DNA of 64,000 bases. Source: Vicinamibacterales bacterium. GTDB taxonomy: Bacteria > Acidobacteriota > Vicinamibacteria > Vicinamibacterales > UBA8438. The first letter of the stretch is position 1. Every line of letters begins with the position of its first letter. The position numbers and the translations under genes were made by a program. Below, piece by piece: positions 8,410 to 19,308 of the stretch. The notes beneath the pieces are model-generated. The model was given only the letters and a program-made list of their open reading frames with translations. It was not told the DNA's origin and ran no database searches. The stretch covers positions 4,286,300 to 4,350,299 of the forward strand of contig OY760136.1 in NCBI GenBank assembly GCA_963663195.1, given 5' to 3'.

Positions 8410-9202
8410 CGACCCCGACTCCGGGCGGGCGCGGCGCGTCCGCAGGGCGGGCGCGCTTGTACACTCGAATTGGCGCGAACGCCCCGGCCTGGAACAGGCG
8501 GATCAGTTTCAGCCGCACCATTTCGAGCAGCGCGAGAAAGGTTGTGACCAGGTCGGACCGGCTGCGATCGCCCTCGAAGAGGTCCTCGAATCCGCATGCC
8601 TCCGTTTCCGACAGGCGCGTGAGGAGCTGCTTGATACGCAACTCGATGGAAACGACTTCCGCCGGCAGCTCCAGCGGACGCCGCTCCCGCGCGCGCGCCA
8701 CCACCGCCTGGAACGCCTGCAGCAGGCTGAACAGGTCGACTTCGATCTCGCGCTCGATCGGCTGTCCGGCAATGTCGGCGACGCGGTTGTCGGGACGCAT
8801 CCATTGGGCGCTGCGCACCGTCTCCCGCTCGTGCAGCAGCTCCGCCGCGGCCTTGTACTTCTGGTGCTCGATCAGCCGCTGCACCAGCGCATCGCGCGGA
8901 TCGCCCGCGTCCGTCTCCTCGGCCGTCTCGGGTCGCGGCACGAGCATGCGCGACTTGATCTGGATAAGCGTCGCGGCCATGATGAGAAACTCCCCCGCCA
9001 CGTCGAGGTCGAGCTCCTGCATCAGCTCCAGATACTCGAGGTACTGCTCTGTTATCAGTACTATCGGGATGTCGTAGATGTCGATCTCGTGCCGCCGAAT
9101 GAGGTGCACGAGCAGGTCCAGCGGCCCCTCGAAGTTCTCGAGCTTCACGGGGTACTGCGGGATGACCGACTCGAAGTCGTGCGGAATGTTGATCGTCATC
9201 AT
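8402..9202 (-). CDS. scpA: segregation and condensation protein A
   Basis: [35 protein letters not shown]...[21 protein letters not shown]. It overlaps scpB by 8 nt. Confidence 0.9.
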   Translation of the reverse strand: MMTINIPHDFESVIPQYPVKLENFEGPLDLLVHLIRRHEIDIYDIPIVLITEQYLEYLELMQELDLDVAGEFLIMAATLIQIKSRMLVPRPETAEETDAGDPRDALVQRLIEHQKYKAAAELLHERETVRSAQWMRPDNRVADIAGQPIEREIEVDLFSLLQAFQAVVARARERRPLELPAEVVSIELRIKQLLTRLSETEACGFEDLFEGDRSRSDLVTTFLALLEMVRLKLIRLFQAGAFAPIRVYKRARPADAPRPPGVGVDA

Positions 9203-10206
9203 CCGTAGTGCAGCCGGACCGCTTCACGCACCTCCACCATCGTCTCACGGGCAATGGCGCGCGCGCGGCTCGATCCGTCGTGCACGATTTCGCGAATGCG
9301 CCCCGGCCGGGCCAGCAACTCCGCGCGCCGTTCGCGGAGCGGGTCGAGCACGGCGTTGATCGCGCCGACCAGACTCCGTTTCACTTCGACGTCGCCAACC
9401 GTGCCCGCCCGGTAGCGCCGCTTGAAATCCTCCACCTCCGCGGTGTCGGGATTGAACGCGTCGTGGTACGTGAAGACGGGATTTCCCTCGACCGTGCCGG
9501 GAATGTCCGCGCGGATGCGCTTGGGATCGGTGTACATCCGCATTACCTTGCGGCGCACCGTCTCGGCGTCGTCCGACAGGTCGATGGTGTTGCCGTAGCT
9601 CTTGCTCATCTTGCGGTTGTCGATACCGGGCAGGCGCGGGAAGTGGGTGGTCAGCGGCTGGGGCTCCGGAAACAGTTCGCCGTAGAACCCCTGGAAGCGC
9701 CGCACCACCTCGCGCGCCAGCTCCAGATGCGGCACCTGGTCTTCGCCGACCGGCACGTATCGCGCGCGATACATGATTACGTCGGCGCACTGCAGCAGCG
9801 GATATCCGAGGAAGCCGAGCGTCGAGAGGTCGCGGTCGGCGAGCTGCTCCATCTGCTCCTTGTGCGTCGGCACCCGCTCGAGCCAGGGGATCGGCACGAC
9901 CATCGACAGCAGCAGCTGCAGCTCGGCATGCTCCGGCACCAGTGACTGCACGAAGATGGTGCTGCGCTGCGGGTCGATCCCGGCGGCAATCCAGTCCGCG
10001 ACGTTGTCGTACCCGTAGCCGGCCACTGCGCTCGTTTCGGCGTACTCGCTGGTCAGCGCGTGCCAGTCGGCGACGAAGTACATGCAGTCGTAGCCCGCCT
10101 GCAACTCGACCCAGTTGCTCAGCGCCCCCACCAGGTGACCGAGGTGCAGCTTGCCGGTCGGGCGCATCCCCGACACGACCCGCGCCTTCACACTTTCGGC
10201 AGGCAC
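9199..10206 (-). CDS. trpS: tryptophan--tRNA ligase
   Basis: [18 protein letters not shown] (HIGH-class motif) and [10 protein letters not shown]. The start was set to the in-frame GTG at 10206, because the longer track ORF runs into uvrC. The stop overlaps the scpA ATG (ATGA). Confidence 0.9.
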   Translation of the reverse strand: MPAESVKARVVSGMRPTGKLHLGHLVGALSNWVELQAGYDCMYFVADWHALTSEYAETSAVAGYGYDNVADWIAAGIDPQRSTIFVQSLVPEHAELQLLLSMVVPIPWLERVPTHKEQMEQLADRDLSTLGFLGYPLLQCADVIMYRARYVPVGEDQVPHLELAREVVRRFQGFYGELFPEPQPLTTHFPRLPGIDNRKMSKSYGNTIDLSDDAETVRRKVMRMYTDPKRIRADIPGTVEGNPVFTYHDAFNPDTAEVEDFKRRYRAGTVGDVEVKRSLVGAINAVLDPLRERRAELLARPGRIREIVHDGSSRARAIARETMVEVREAVRLHYG

Positions 10207-10315
10207 GACTGGGATATCCGGATGCAGGTTGACGAGAGGGAGCAGGCAGGCAACGGCATCAGAATAAGACCAACGGCGCCGCCGGGCAAGCCGCGGCAGG
10301 GAGCTTTCGCGCGCC

Positions 10316-12133
10316 TCATCCGGCGAAATGCGCCAACAGCGCCTCCGCCAGCCGGCCGCCGACGACGCCGCGCAGTTCCTCGCGCGTCGCGCGCCGAACC
10401 TGCGCGGCGCTGCCGAACCGCTCCAGCAGCAGCCGGCGCCGGGCCGGCCCGATGCCGGGCACCGCATCGAGCTCCGAGCGCAGGTCGCGCATGGCGCGGG
10501 CGCGGCGGTGGAACGTCACCGCGAAGCGGTGCGCCTCGTCGCGGATCCGCTGCACCAGGCGCAGGGCGCCGCTGCGGCGCGGCAGCGCGATCGGGTCGGG
10601 CCGGTCGCGCGTCACGATCAGCTCCTCGCGCTTGGCGATGCCAATCGCCATCAGGTTCGCCAGGCCGAGTTGCTCGAACGCCTTGTACGCGGCCGACAAC
10701 TGTCCCTTTCCGCCGTCGACAATCACCAGGTCCGGAAACGGGCCGCCCTGCTCCAGCAGCCGCCGGTAGCGCCTGAGCACGACCTCCTCCATGGCGGCGA
10801 AGTCGTCGGGCCTCGCCAGCGCGGCGTTGCGGATGCGGAACTTGCGGTACTCGCTGCGCCGCATGGATCCGTCCTCGCACACCACCATCGAGGCGACGCT
10901 CTCGGCGCCCTGGATGGTCGAGATGTCGAAACACTCCACGCGCCGCGGACGCGCCGGCAACCCGAGCACCGCGCGCAACTCGTCAAGCGCGGCGCCGTGC
11001 GCCTGCGCCTCTTCTCCGTAGCGCGCCTCGTACGCCAGCCCGGCGTTGCGCGCCGCCAGCTCGAGCAACCCCCGCGAGTCGCCGCGCCGCGGGACGTGCA
11101 GGCGCACGCGCCGGCCGGCGCGGCTCTCGAGCCAGCGCGCCAACGCCCCGTCGTCGTCGCGGTCCAGCGCCACGGGAAGGTGGATTTCGGGCGGCACGGC
11201 GCGGTCCGCATAGAACTGCTGCAGCGCCGCGCGGACCACCTCGGCCTCGCCGCGATGCGGCGCTTCGTCGCCGCCGGCCGCCAGCTCGATCCGCTCCACC
11301 ACGCGGCCGCCGCGCATCTGGAACACCTGTACGATGGCGCCCGCCGGCCCCGCCTTGACGCCGAACGCGTCACGGTCGCCCAGGCGCGCGGTGGCCATCT
11401 TCTGGCGCCGGTCGCGCAGCGCCTCGACGTTGCGGATCGCATCGCGCAACTGCGCCGCCTGCTCGTAGTGCTGCCGGTCGGCGGCCGCCTGCATCCCGGT
11501 CCGCAGCTCCCCGAGCAACTCGTCGTTGCGCCCCTCAAGGAACATCCGCGTGCGGTCGACCGCCTCGCCGTACTCGGCCTCGCTGCACAGCGTGTCCACG
11601 CACGGCGCGACGCAGCGCTTGATGTCGTACTCCAGGCACGGCCGGCCGCGCTTGCCGGTGATCACCTCGTTGCAGGAGCGGATGCCGAACAGGCGGTGCG
11701 TCAGCGACATCGTCTTGCGGGCGAACGACGCCGGTAGAAACGGACCGGCGTAGAAGTTGCCGTCGCGCGCGACGCGGCGCGCGACCAGCACGCGCGGAAA
11801 CGCCTCCGTCGTGGTTATCTGCAGATACGGATAGTTCTTGTCGTCGCGCAGCAGGATGTTGTAGCGCGGCGCCCGCTGCTTGATCAGGTTGTTCTCGAGC
11901 GCCAGCGCCTCGACCACCGAGTCGGTGACGATCACCTCCAGTCCGACGACCTCGTCGAGCAGCGCGTCGGTCTTGGGACTGGACCCGTAGGCGCCGAGAT
12001 AGCTACGCACGCGATCGCGCAGCACGGTGGCGCGGCCGACGTAGATCGTCTCGCCGGCGCCGTTGGAGTACAGATAGACACCGGGCTGGGTGGGCAGGCG
12101 GCCGATCTGGTCCTTGAGATCGCGAATCGGCAT
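10316..12133 (-). CDS. uvrC: excinuclease ABC subunit C
   Basis: 605 aa with an N-terminal GIY-YIG domain ([26 protein letters not shown]), a UvrB-interaction region and a C-terminal HhH domain. Confidence 0.95.
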   Translation of the reverse strand: MPIRDLKDQIGRLPTQPGVYLYSNGAGETIYVGRATVLRDRVRSYLGAYGSSPKTDALLDEVVGLEVIVTDSVVEALALENNLIKQRAPRYNILLRDDKNYPYLQITTTEAFPRVLVARRVARDGNFYAGPFLPASFARKTMSLTHRLFGIRSCNEVITGKRGRPCLEYDIKRCVAPCVDTLCSEAEYGEAVDRTRMFLEGRNDELLGELRTGMQAAADRQHYEQAAQLRDAIRNVEALRDRRQKMATARLGDRDAFGVKAGPAGAIVQVFQMRGGRVVERIELAAGGDEAPHRGEAEVVRAALQQFYADRAVPPEIHLPVALDRDDDGALARWLESRAGRRVRLHVPRRGDSRGLLELAARNAGLAYEARYGEEAQAHGAALDELRAVLGLPARPRRVECFDISTIQGAESVASMVVCEDGSMRRSEYRKFRIRNAALARPDDFAAMEEVVLRRYRRLLEQGGPFPDLVIVDGGKGQLSAAYKAFEQLGLANLMAIGIAKREELIVTRDRPDPIALPRRSGALRLVQRIRDEAHRFAVTFHRRARAMRDLRSELDAVPGIGPARRRLLLERFGSAAQVRRATREELRGVVGGRLAEALLAHFAG

Positions 12134-12243
12134 GAGCTACACTTCGCCTGCCGCGGCGGACGGGTGCCGGAAACACGCGGTGGCGCGCGTCGTGTGTCCC
12201 TTCGAATTCTACCAGCCCCGCGCGCGTCCGCTCCGGCATCACG

Positions 12244-13056
12244 ATGACCTTCACCGGCGCAATCGGCACGCTCTGCATGTTCCCATTGCGGGCGATCATC
12301 AACGCGTGCGTCGCGTTGGGCATCCACCCGAACCTGCTCACCTTCACAGGCGTGGTGATCAATGCCGCGGCCGGCTGGGCGCTCGCCACCGGCCAGTTCC
12401 GGACCGCGGGCGTCGTGATGATCGTAGCCAACATCTTCGACTTCATCGACGGCAAGGTCGCGGAGCGGACCGACCTGGCCTCGCGCTTCGGCGGGTTCTG
12501 GGATTCGGTCATGGACCGCTTTTCCGACATCCTGCTGTTCATCGGGCTCATCTACCTGTACGCCGCGCACGGACGCACCGACTACGTCCTGATCACGGCG
12601 CTGGCGCTGATGTTCTCGGTCATGACCAGCTACACCCGTGCGCGCGCCGAATCGCTGATCGACAAGTGCAAGGTCGGGTTCATGGAGCGGCCCGAGCGCA
12701 TCGTGCTGTTCATGATCGGCGCGTTCACGAACCGCATGGGCGCGGTGATGTGGGTGATCCTGGTGCTGTCGGTCGTGACGGTGGTGGACAGGATCTACTA
12801 CACGTGGCGAGAGCTGCGGACCACCCGCCGCCGGGAGCCGCACCCGATCCGCATGACGCTCAAGCGCGCGCTCGCGCTGCCGGCCATCGCCGTCTGGCAC
12901 GCGCTGTTCTGGACCTTCGAGCGGGCGACCTGGCAGTACGACCTGATGGTGATCGCCATCCTGACGTTCGTCTGGGTGACGCCGCCCGCCTGGCTCGGCG
13001 ACCCGACCGCCGCCGGCCCGGGACTCATCGGCCTGCTCGCAGCCGCCCTGCCCTGA
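12244..13056 (+). CDS. CDP-alcohol phosphatidyltransferase family protein with extra C-terminal TM segments
   Basis: DFIDGKVAERTDLASRFGGFWDSVMDRFSD is close to the D-x2-DG-x2-AR...G-x3-D-x3-D signature. The protein has multiple hydrophobic helices. Confidence 0.8.
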   Translation: MTFTGAIGTLCMFPLRAIINACVALGIHPNLLTFTGVVINAAAGWALATGQFRTAGVVMIVANIFDFIDGKVAERTDLASRFGGFWDSVMDRFSDILLFIGLIYLYAAHGRTDYVLITALALMFSVMTSYTRARAESLIDKCKVGFMERPERIVLFMIGAFTNRMGAVMWVILVLSVVTVVDRIYYTWRELRTTRRREPHPIRMTLKRALALPAIAVWHALFWTFERATWQYDLMVIAILTFVWVTPPAWLGDPTAAGPGLIGLLAAALP

Positions 13057-13138
13057 CACCGGCAGTCTGTCCTGGCCTTGCCGGGAACTCCGCTCGCTGC
13101 ACCGAGACGCGTGCCGCGGCCCGTGCGCACAGCGCGGG

Positions 13139-13711
13139 TCAGACGCGGTCGCGCTCGTCGGCGCCGACGTCCAGCGTCTTGAATGTGAAATGGATGTCGT
13201 GCGCCGCGATCCGGTCGCGCAGCACGCGTCGCACCTCGGCGTAGTGCTCGCGCGGCACCACCAGCCGGCGCACGAGGCTGCGCAGGCGGTAGATGATGAC
13301 CAGCGTGATCTGCTGCCGCTCCTCGCGCCAGCTCAGCCCGCCAATCGCCGAGTACGGCACGAAGCCCGACTCCGTCCAGATGCCGTCCTCGTACAGCCCG
13401 CGTCCGATCCGCAGGCTCATCGGCAGCAGGTAGGCATAGTAGAGGCAGACCATCCCCTCGCCGAACGCCGAGCCGAGCGGCTGCCGGAGCACCACCAGCT
13501 TGACGAACACCAGCCCGGCCAGGACGACGCCGAGCGCCAGCAACAGGCCATACTGCGGCGGCTTGGTTCCGGGCCAGGTGAGATGGGCCGTGGAGCGTAG
13601 CCGGAGATAGCGCAGCAACTGCACGACGATACGCAGGTTGGCCGCCAGGAAGGCGACCCCGAGTCCGATGAGCGCTATGCGAACGACGGTCGCGACGTCG
13701 ATGTCAGCCAC
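13139..13711 (-). CDS. hypothetical membrane protein
   Basis: GTG start, three hydrophobic helices and then a soluble C-terminal domain. It has high GC3 and lies directly downstream of efp. I recognise no family. Confidence 0.5.
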   Translation of the reverse strand: MADIDVATVVRIALIGLGVAFLAANLRIVVQLLRYLRLRSTAHLTWPGTKPPQYGLLLALGVVLAGLVFVKLVVLRQPLGSAFGEGMVCLYYAYLLPMSLRIGRGLYEDGIWTESGFVPYSAIGGLSWREERQQITLVIIYRLRSLVRRLVVPREHYAEVRRVLRDRIAAHDIHFTFKTLDVGADERDRV

Positions 13712-13750
13712 GGGCGTCAGCGTCAGGGCAGCGCGGTGGGGCGCGGCGCG

Positions 13751-14311
13751 TCAGACGCGCCCCTGGTAGTCGCCGGTTTCCGTATTGACACGCACCTTGT
13801 CGCCGTTGGCGATGAACGGCGGCACCTGCACGACCAGGCCGGTCTCCAGCGTCGCCGGCTTCAGTTGGGCGCTGGCGGTGGCCCCCTTTATCGCGGGCGC
13901 CGTCTCGGTCACCGCGAGGTCGACCGTGAGCGGCAGGCTGATGCCGACCGGGTCGTCCTGGAACATCTCCACGGTGATCTCCGCCTCCGGCAGCAGGTAG
14001 CTGACCGAATCGCCCAACGTCTCGGTCGTCAGCGCCACCTGCTCGAAGGTCTCCGTATCCATGAAATTGTACGCATCCCCGTCCGCATACAGAAACTGCA
14101 TCCGGCGCGCGTCGAGGGCGGCCCGCGCGACCTGATCCTCGGAACGGAACTTGTGGTCGGTGAGCGTCCGGGTGCGCAGGTTGCGCAGCCGGCACTGGAC
14201 GAATCCGTGCCCCTTGCCCGGCGTCAGGTGCTGCACGTCGAGCAGGCGGAGGAGGTTGCCGCCCATCTGGATCAGCATCCCCTTGCGTAGTCGAGTAGCT
14301 TGAATATTCAT
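13751..14311 (-). CDS. efp: elongation factor P
   Basis: MNIQATRLRKGMLIQMGGNLLRLLDVQHLTPGKGHGFVQCRLRNL, 186 aa. Only the C-terminal part of the 549-aa track ORF is real. Confidence 0.95.
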   Translation of the reverse strand: MNIQATRLRKGMLIQMGGNLLRLLDVQHLTPGKGHGFVQCRLRNLRTRTLTDHKFRSEDQVARAALDARRMQFLYADGDAYNFMDTETFEQVALTTETLGDSVSYLLPEAEITVEMFQDDPVGISLPLTVDLAVTETAPAIKGATASAQLKPATLETGLVVQVPPFIANGDKVRVNTETGDYQGRV

Positions 14312-14404
14312 CGAGCGGGCGATAGTACCATGAACCGCCGGCTCGCAGCGGGCGCGGGTGGACGCGCTACAATAGGGGCTGGCAGTGCGACTGCCGTACT
14401 TCCC

Positions 14405-15619
14405 ATGCGCAACGGGGCCATCCTGGGCGGCTTGCTTCTGTTTCTGGCGGGAACGGCCGCGGGCGTCGTGATGACCGGCCGTTTTCGCACGCAGGCTGAA
14501 AGCGGCGCGGCGCCTGGCGCCGCAACGGTTGCGCCGGCGGCACCGATCGCCGCGACGGCGCGGCCGGCGGTCGAGCTTCCCCGCGCCGTCGCGAACCCGG
14601 GGGGCCTGGGCTCCTTGCCCGACTTCGCCGGGGTGGCCGAATCCAGCATTCGCGCGGTCGCCAACATCTCCTCCCGGCAAGTCGTGCGGCGCCGGTCGCT
14701 GTTTCCCGACGACGCCTTCTTTCGCTATTTTTTCGGCGACTCGGGCGGCTTCTCCGGCTACCGCGAGCGGCCGAGCCTTGGCTCCGGCGTCATCGTCGAC
14801 CCGGCCGGCCGCATCCTGACCAACGCGCACGTCGTCGGGCGGCAGACGGCTGGCATCACCGTGACTTTGCCGGACAACCGCGAATTCGAGGCCACGCTGG
14901 TGGGCCGCGACGAGATGACCGACATCGCCCTGCTGCAGATCGGGGTAACCGACCTGCCCACGCTGCCGTGGGGCGACTCCGCGGCGCTGCGCGTCGCGGA
15001 ATGGGTGCTGGCCATCGGCAATCCGTTCCAGCTCAACCAGACCGTCACACTGGGCATCGTCAGCGCCGTCGGCCGCGACAACCTCGGCGTCGCGCGCTAC
15101 GAGGACTTCATCCAGACCGACGCCGCAATCAACCCGGGCAACTCCGGCGGTGCGCTGATCAACGCGCAGGGCGAGCTGATCGGCATCAATACCGCCATCT
15201 TCAGCGACAGCGGCGGCAGCCAGGGCGTCGGGTTCGCCGTGCCGAGCAACCTCGCCCGGCGCGTGATGCGCGACCTGATCGACCACGGCGAGGTCCGCCG
15301 CGGGTCGTTCGGCTACATGGACGTGCGGCGCCTCTCGCCGCAACTGGCGCGCGAGCTGGGCGCGGAGGGCGCGACGGGCGTCGTGGTATGGCGCATCCAC
15401 CAGGCGTCCGAGGCGGCGGCCGCCGGCCTGCAGCCGGGCGACATCATCACGGCCTTCAGCGGCGCGCCGATCGAGGACGGCTCAGACTATGCGCGCATGC
15501 TGTCGGACGCCGAGATTGGCAGCACGGTCACGCTCGACGTCCTGCGCGACGGCGACCGGCTGACCTTCGACGTCCAGGTCTCCCTCGCCCGCCCGCAGCA
15601 GAATCAGCGCCGGCGGTAG
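14405..15619 (+). CDS. HtrA/DegP-family serine protease with one PDZ domain
   Basis: Catalytic triad contexts TNAHVV, DIALLQ and GNSGGALIN, with a C-terminal PDZ domain. The ATG at 14405 is followed by a TM/signal helix. Confidence 0.9.
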   Translation: MRNGAILGGLLLFLAGTAAGVVMTGRFRTQAESGAAPGAATVAPAAPIAATARPAVELPRAVANPGGLGSLPDFAGVAESSIRAVANISSRQVVRRRSLFPDDAFFRYFFGDSGGFSGYRERPSLGSGVIVDPAGRILTNAHVVGRQTAGITVTLPDNREFEATLVGRDEMTDIALLQIGVTDLPTLPWGDSAALRVAEWVLAIGNPFQLNQTVTLGIVSAVGRDNLGVARYEDFIQTDAAINPGNSGGALINAQGELIGINTAIFSDSGGSQGVGFAVPSNLARRVMRDLIDHGEVRRGSFGYMDVRRLSPQLARELGAEGATGVVVWRIHQASEAAAAGLQPGDIITAFSGAPIEDGSDYARMLSDAEIGSTVTLDVLRDGDRLTFDVQVSLARPQQNQRRR

Positions 15620-15640
15620 ACCCCGATCCTCGGCGGTCAC

Positions 15641-15688
15641 GGCGCGGGGCTATGGGGTCCCCGCAAGCGGCCGCCGGGGGCTTGGGCA
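15641..15688 (-). repeat. REP/MITE-like repeat, copy D (central module only, inverted)
   Basis: GGCGCGGGGCTATGGGGTCCCCGCAAGCGGCCGCCGGGGGCTTGGGCA is the reverse complement of the central part of copy A. It lies between the convergent protease and mpg genes. Confidence 0.7.
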
Positions 15689-16279
15689 AATAGGTTTGGA
15701 CACGTGTGGGTTGCCGGCCGCGCAGCAACGCCACGGACGGTCGGCGCCGACCGCGATCCCGATGCGCGGGCTCCATGCCAGCGGCGGCGGCGGCAGGCCG
15801 CGATCCTCGATGAACAGCCGCTCGCCGGACAGGTCGATGTGATTCTGTTCGAGCGTGATACCCAGCGCGCTGGTCAGATTCCCCGGCCCGCGGCAGAGCG
15901 CGGCGGCGGGCAGCGTCCGCCCGGCGGCGACACGGCGATGCCGCATGAGAGGCAGCCCGGCCAACGGCTCCAGCGCCCGGATCAGCACCGCCGCCGGCGC
16001 GCCTTCCGGCTCGGTAACCGCGTTGACCAGATGGTGCAGCCCGTAGTTGACGTAGACGTACGCCAAGCCGGGCGGCCCGTACAGCGGCGCGTTTCTGCGA
16101 GTGAAGCCCGTGGCGGCATGACAGGCGGGATCGCTCTCCCCGCTGTAAGCCTCCACCTCCACGATCATGCCGGCGGCGGTTCCCGCCGGCGCGGCATGCA
16201 CCAGCACCTTGCCGACCAGCTCGCGCGCCACCTGCAACGTCGGTCGGGCGTAGAACGCCGCCGGCAGCACCGCCCCCAC
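15650..16279 (-). CDS. mpg: DNA-3-methyladenine glycosylase (MPG/AAG family)
   Basis: AFYARPTLQVARELVGKVLV...VEVEAYSGESDPACHA...YVYVNYGLHHLVN...AGNPHVS. The GTG start at 16279 (or 16270) is 5 nt after the uvrA stop. The last ~13 codons and the stop lie inside repeat copy D. Confidence 0.85.
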   Translation of the reverse strand: MGAVLPAAFYARPTLQVARELVGKVLVHAAPAGTAAGMIVEVEAYSGESDPACHAATGFTRRNAPLYGPPGLAYVYVNYGLHHLVNAVTEPEGAPAAVLIRALEPLAGLPLMRHRRVAAGRTLPAAALCRGPGNLTSALGITLEQNHIDLSGERLFIEDRGLPPPPLAWSPRIGIAVGADRPWRCCAAGNPHVSKPICPSPRRPLAGTP

Positions 16280-16284
16280 AATGG

Positions 16285-19164
16285 CTATCTCCCCGCGTAC
16301 GCGTGCGCCCTGCCGTTGGCCAGCACCGGCCGCAGATACCGTCCGGTATGCGACTCGTCGTGCGCCGCCACGTGCTCGGGAGGGCCGGCGACGACCACCT
16401 CGCCGCCTTCCTCGCCGCCCTCCGGGCCGAGGTCGATGACCCAGTCGGCGGTCTTGATGACGTCTAGGTTGTGCTCGATGACCACCAGCGTGTGTCCCGC
16501 CTGCAACAGCTTGCGGAAGGCCGACAGCAGCTTGGCGATGTCGTCCACGTGCAGGCCGGTGGTCGGCTCGTCGAGGATGTAGAGCGTGCGGTCGCCGCGG
16601 CGCGACATCAGGTGTGCGGCGATCTTGATGCGCTGCGCCTCGCCTCCCGAAAGCGTGGTTGCCGGCTGGCCAAGCCGCAGATACCCCAGGCCGATCTCGT
16701 CGAGCACCTGCAGCCGCCGGCCGATCTTCGGAGACGCGTTGAAGAACGACAGCGCCTCGCGCACCGTCATGTCCAGGACGTCGACGACGTTGCAGCCGCG
16801 GTAGCGCACCTCGAGCACCTCCGGCTTGAACCGCTTGCCGTCGCAGTGCTCGCACGGCACGAAGACGTCGGCCAGGAACTGCATCTCCACGCGCAGCTCC
16901 CCCTCCCCCTCGCACGCGTCGCAGCGTCCGCCCGGGACATTGAACGAAAAGTGGCTCGCCGTGAGCGCCCGCGACCGCGCGTCCCGCGTGGACGCGAACA
17001 ACTCGCGGATCGGATCGAACGCCTTCAGGTAGGTGACCGGGTTGGAGCGCGGCGTGCGTCCGATCGGCGCCTGATCCACCAGCACGACGTCGCTGACGAG
17101 CCCCAGGCCGTCAATCATGTCGTGCGTCCCGACGCGCTTGTCCCACTCGCCCTTGGCCCGCTTGATGGCCGCGTACAGCACGTCATGGACGAGCGTCGAC
17201 TTCCCCGACCCGCTTACGCCGGTGACGCAGGTGAGCAGGTTGATGGGAATCTCGACGTCGATGGCCTTCAGGTTGTGCTCCGCCGCGCCCAGCAGGCGGA
17301 TGGCGCGCGACTGCGGCAACCGCTTGCGGCGCGCCGCCGGCACCGGTATCGCCAGATCGCCGCGCAGATACTTGGCCGTCAGCGACGTCTGCTCGCCGGC
17401 GATGCCGTCCGACGGTCCGGAGTAGACGACCTTCCCGCCGCGCGTGCCGGCCCCCAGGCCGAGATCGACCAGGTAGTCGCCGCTGCGGATCATGTCGGTG
17501 TCGTGCTCCACCACCAGCACCGTGTTGCCCTGATCGCGCAACTGCCGCAGGATGCGCAGTAGCCGGTCGTTGTCGCGCGGATGCAGACCGATCGACGGCT
17601 CGTCCAATACGTACAGCGTCCCGACCAGCGCCGACCCGAGCGAGGCGGCCAGGTTGATGCGTTGCGCCTCGCCGCCCGAAAGCGTGGACGACAGCCGGTC
17701 CAGGGTGAGGTAGTCGAGGCCGACGTCGCTCAGGAACACCAGCCGGCGGCGAACCTCACGCACTATCCGGTCCGCGATGGCCGCCTCCTTCTCCGTGAGC
17801 GACAGCGCATCGAAGAATTGCCGTGCGCGGGCCACGGTGAGCGCGCACACTGCGTCGATGGTACGTCCGCCGACCTGCACGCAGCGCGCCTCCTGACGCA
17901 GGCGCGTGCCGTTGCACGCGGGACAAACCAGATAGCCGCGGTAGCGGCTGAGGAACACCCGCACGTGCACCTTGTATTTCTTGGTCTCCAGCCAGCGGAA
18001 GAACCCGCGTATGCCGGTGTATCCGTCGCCGTCACCCTCGACGACGAACGCGCGCTCCACGTCCGTCAGCTCGGACCAGGGCACGTCCATCCGCACCCCG
18101 CTTCCGCGCGCCGCCCGCTTGAGGTCCGCCAGACGCGAGCGGTAGTGCGGCTTGCTCCAGGGCTCGATGGCGTTCTGGCGAATCGACTTGGACGTGTCCG
18201 GAACCACCAGACCCATGTCGAGCTCGATGACGTTGCCGAAGCCGTGGCAGTCGGAACAGGCGCCCTGCGGGTTGTTGAAGGAGAAGAGCGACGGTTGCGG
18301 CGGCTCGTAGCGGATGCCGCAGCGTCCGCACTCGAACCGCTCGCTGAAGCGGTGCGTCCTGCCGCCGTCCGCCTCGATTACGAACGCCGCGCCGCCGCCC
18401 TCCTGGTAGGCCGTCTCGAGCGAGCCGGTCAGGCGGCTCAGCACGTCCGGCCCCACCTCGATCCGGTCGACCAGGATGTCCAGCTCCGCTTCGCCGCTCA
18501 GCGCGGAGGCTTCGATGTCGTCTATCGACACCGCCCGGCCGTCCAGCACGAGCCGGCGGAATCCCTTGCGGCGAATCGCGTCGAGCGCGGCCGCGACCGC
18601 CGAGCCGACGGCCGGCGCGGCGATTTCCGCGACGTCCTCGCCCTCCGCCGCACCGTCCGCCGCGGCGGCCACCACCGGCAGCTGGAATCCGAGCAGCAGG
18701 CGCGTGCCGGGCGCCAACGCGGCCAGCTCGCGCGCTGCCAGCTCGGCGCTGTCGCGCAAGACCTCGTTGCCGCAGCCGCGGCAAATGGTGCGGCCCGCGC
18801 GCGCATACAGCAGGCGCAGGTAGTCGTGGATCTCGGTCTGCGTGCCGACCGTCGAGCGCGGGTTGCGCAGGCTGTTCTTCTGGCGGATGGCGATGGCGGG
18901 ACAGATGCCGTCTATCTCGTCGACGTCCGGCTTCTCCATGCGGTCGAGGAACTGCCGCGCGTAGGCCGACAGCGACTCCACGTACCGCCGCTGCCCTTCG
19001 GCGTAGATCGTGTCGAACGCAAGCGACGACTTACCGGATCCGCTCACCCCGGTCACGACGATCAGCTGCCGCTGCGGCAGCGTCAGGTCGATGTTCTTGA
19101 GGTTGTGCGTGCGGGCGCCTCGAATGATAATTTGCGGCGCGCGGGCAGGCGTGGACTCTTGCAT
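16285..19164 (-). CDS. uvrA: excinuclease ABC subunit A
   Basis: IIIRGARTHNLKNIDL...GVSGSGKSSLAFDTIYAEGQRRY, two ABC modules and zinc-finger Cys clusters. The start is taken at ATG 19164 (MQEST...). Confidence 0.95.
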   Translation of the reverse strand: MQESTPARAPQIIIRGARTHNLKNIDLTLPQRQLIVVTGVSGSGKSSLAFDTIYAEGQRRYVESLSAYARQFLDRMEKPDVDEIDGICPAIAIRQKNSLRNPRSTVGTQTEIHDYLRLLYARAGRTICRGCGNEVLRDSAELAARELAALAPGTRLLLGFQLPVVAAAADGAAEGEDVAEIAAPAVGSAVAAALDAIRRKGFRRLVLDGRAVSIDDIEASALSGEAELDILVDRIEVGPDVLSRLTGSLETAYQEGGGAAFVIEADGGRTHRFSERFECGRCGIRYEPPQPSLFSFNNPQGACSDCHGFGNVIELDMGLVVPDTSKSIRQNAIEPWSKPHYRSRLADLKRAARGSGVRMDVPWSELTDVERAFVVEGDGDGYTGIRGFFRWLETKKYKVHVRVFLSRYRGYLVCPACNGTRLRQEARCVQVGGRTIDAVCALTVARARQFFDALSLTEKEAAIADRIVREVRRRLVFLSDVGLDYLTLDRLSSTLSGGEAQRINLAASLGSALVGTLYVLDEPSIGLHPRDNDRLLRILRQLRDQGNTVLVVEHDTDMIRSGDYLVDLGLGAGTRGGKVVYSGPSDGIAGEQTSLTAKYLRGDLAIPVPAARRKRLPQSRAIRLLGAAEHNLKAIDVEIPINLLTCVTGVSGSGKSTLVHDVLYAAIKRAKGEWDKRVGTHDMIDGLGLVSDVVLVDQAPIGRTPRSNPVTYLKAFDPIRELFASTRDARSRALTASHFSFNVPGGRCDACEGEGELRVEMQFLADVFVPCEHCDGKRFKPEVLEVRYRGCNVVDVLDMTVREALSFFNASPKIGRRLQVLDEIGLGYLRLGQPATTLSGGEAQRIKIAAHLMSRRGDRTLYILDEPTTGLHVDDIAKLLSAFRKLLQAGHTLVVIEHNLDVIKTADWVIDLGPEGGEEGGEVVVAGPPEHVAAHDESHTGRYLRPVLANGRAHAYAGR

Positions 19165-19245
19165 GATGCGGGACCGGACGCCGGAGGCGGCCGCCAGGCG
19201 ACCCGCGTCGTCCGGGCCGGAACAGGCCAGTTTAGCAGGACGTGA

Positions 19246-19279
19246 CAAAACCCCGCTGCATCCGACCGGCGCCGCGGGG
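19246..19279 (-). terminator. candidate intrinsic terminator downstream of the 19309-20460 gene
   Basis: The minus strand reads CCCCGCGGC-11 nt loop-GCAGCGGGG (9-bp stem, 1 mismatch) followed by TTTTG. It lies 30 nt after the stop. Confidence 0.45.
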
Positions 19280-19308
19280 AGCGGCCATGCGTCCCGGCGC
19301 CCGTGGGC

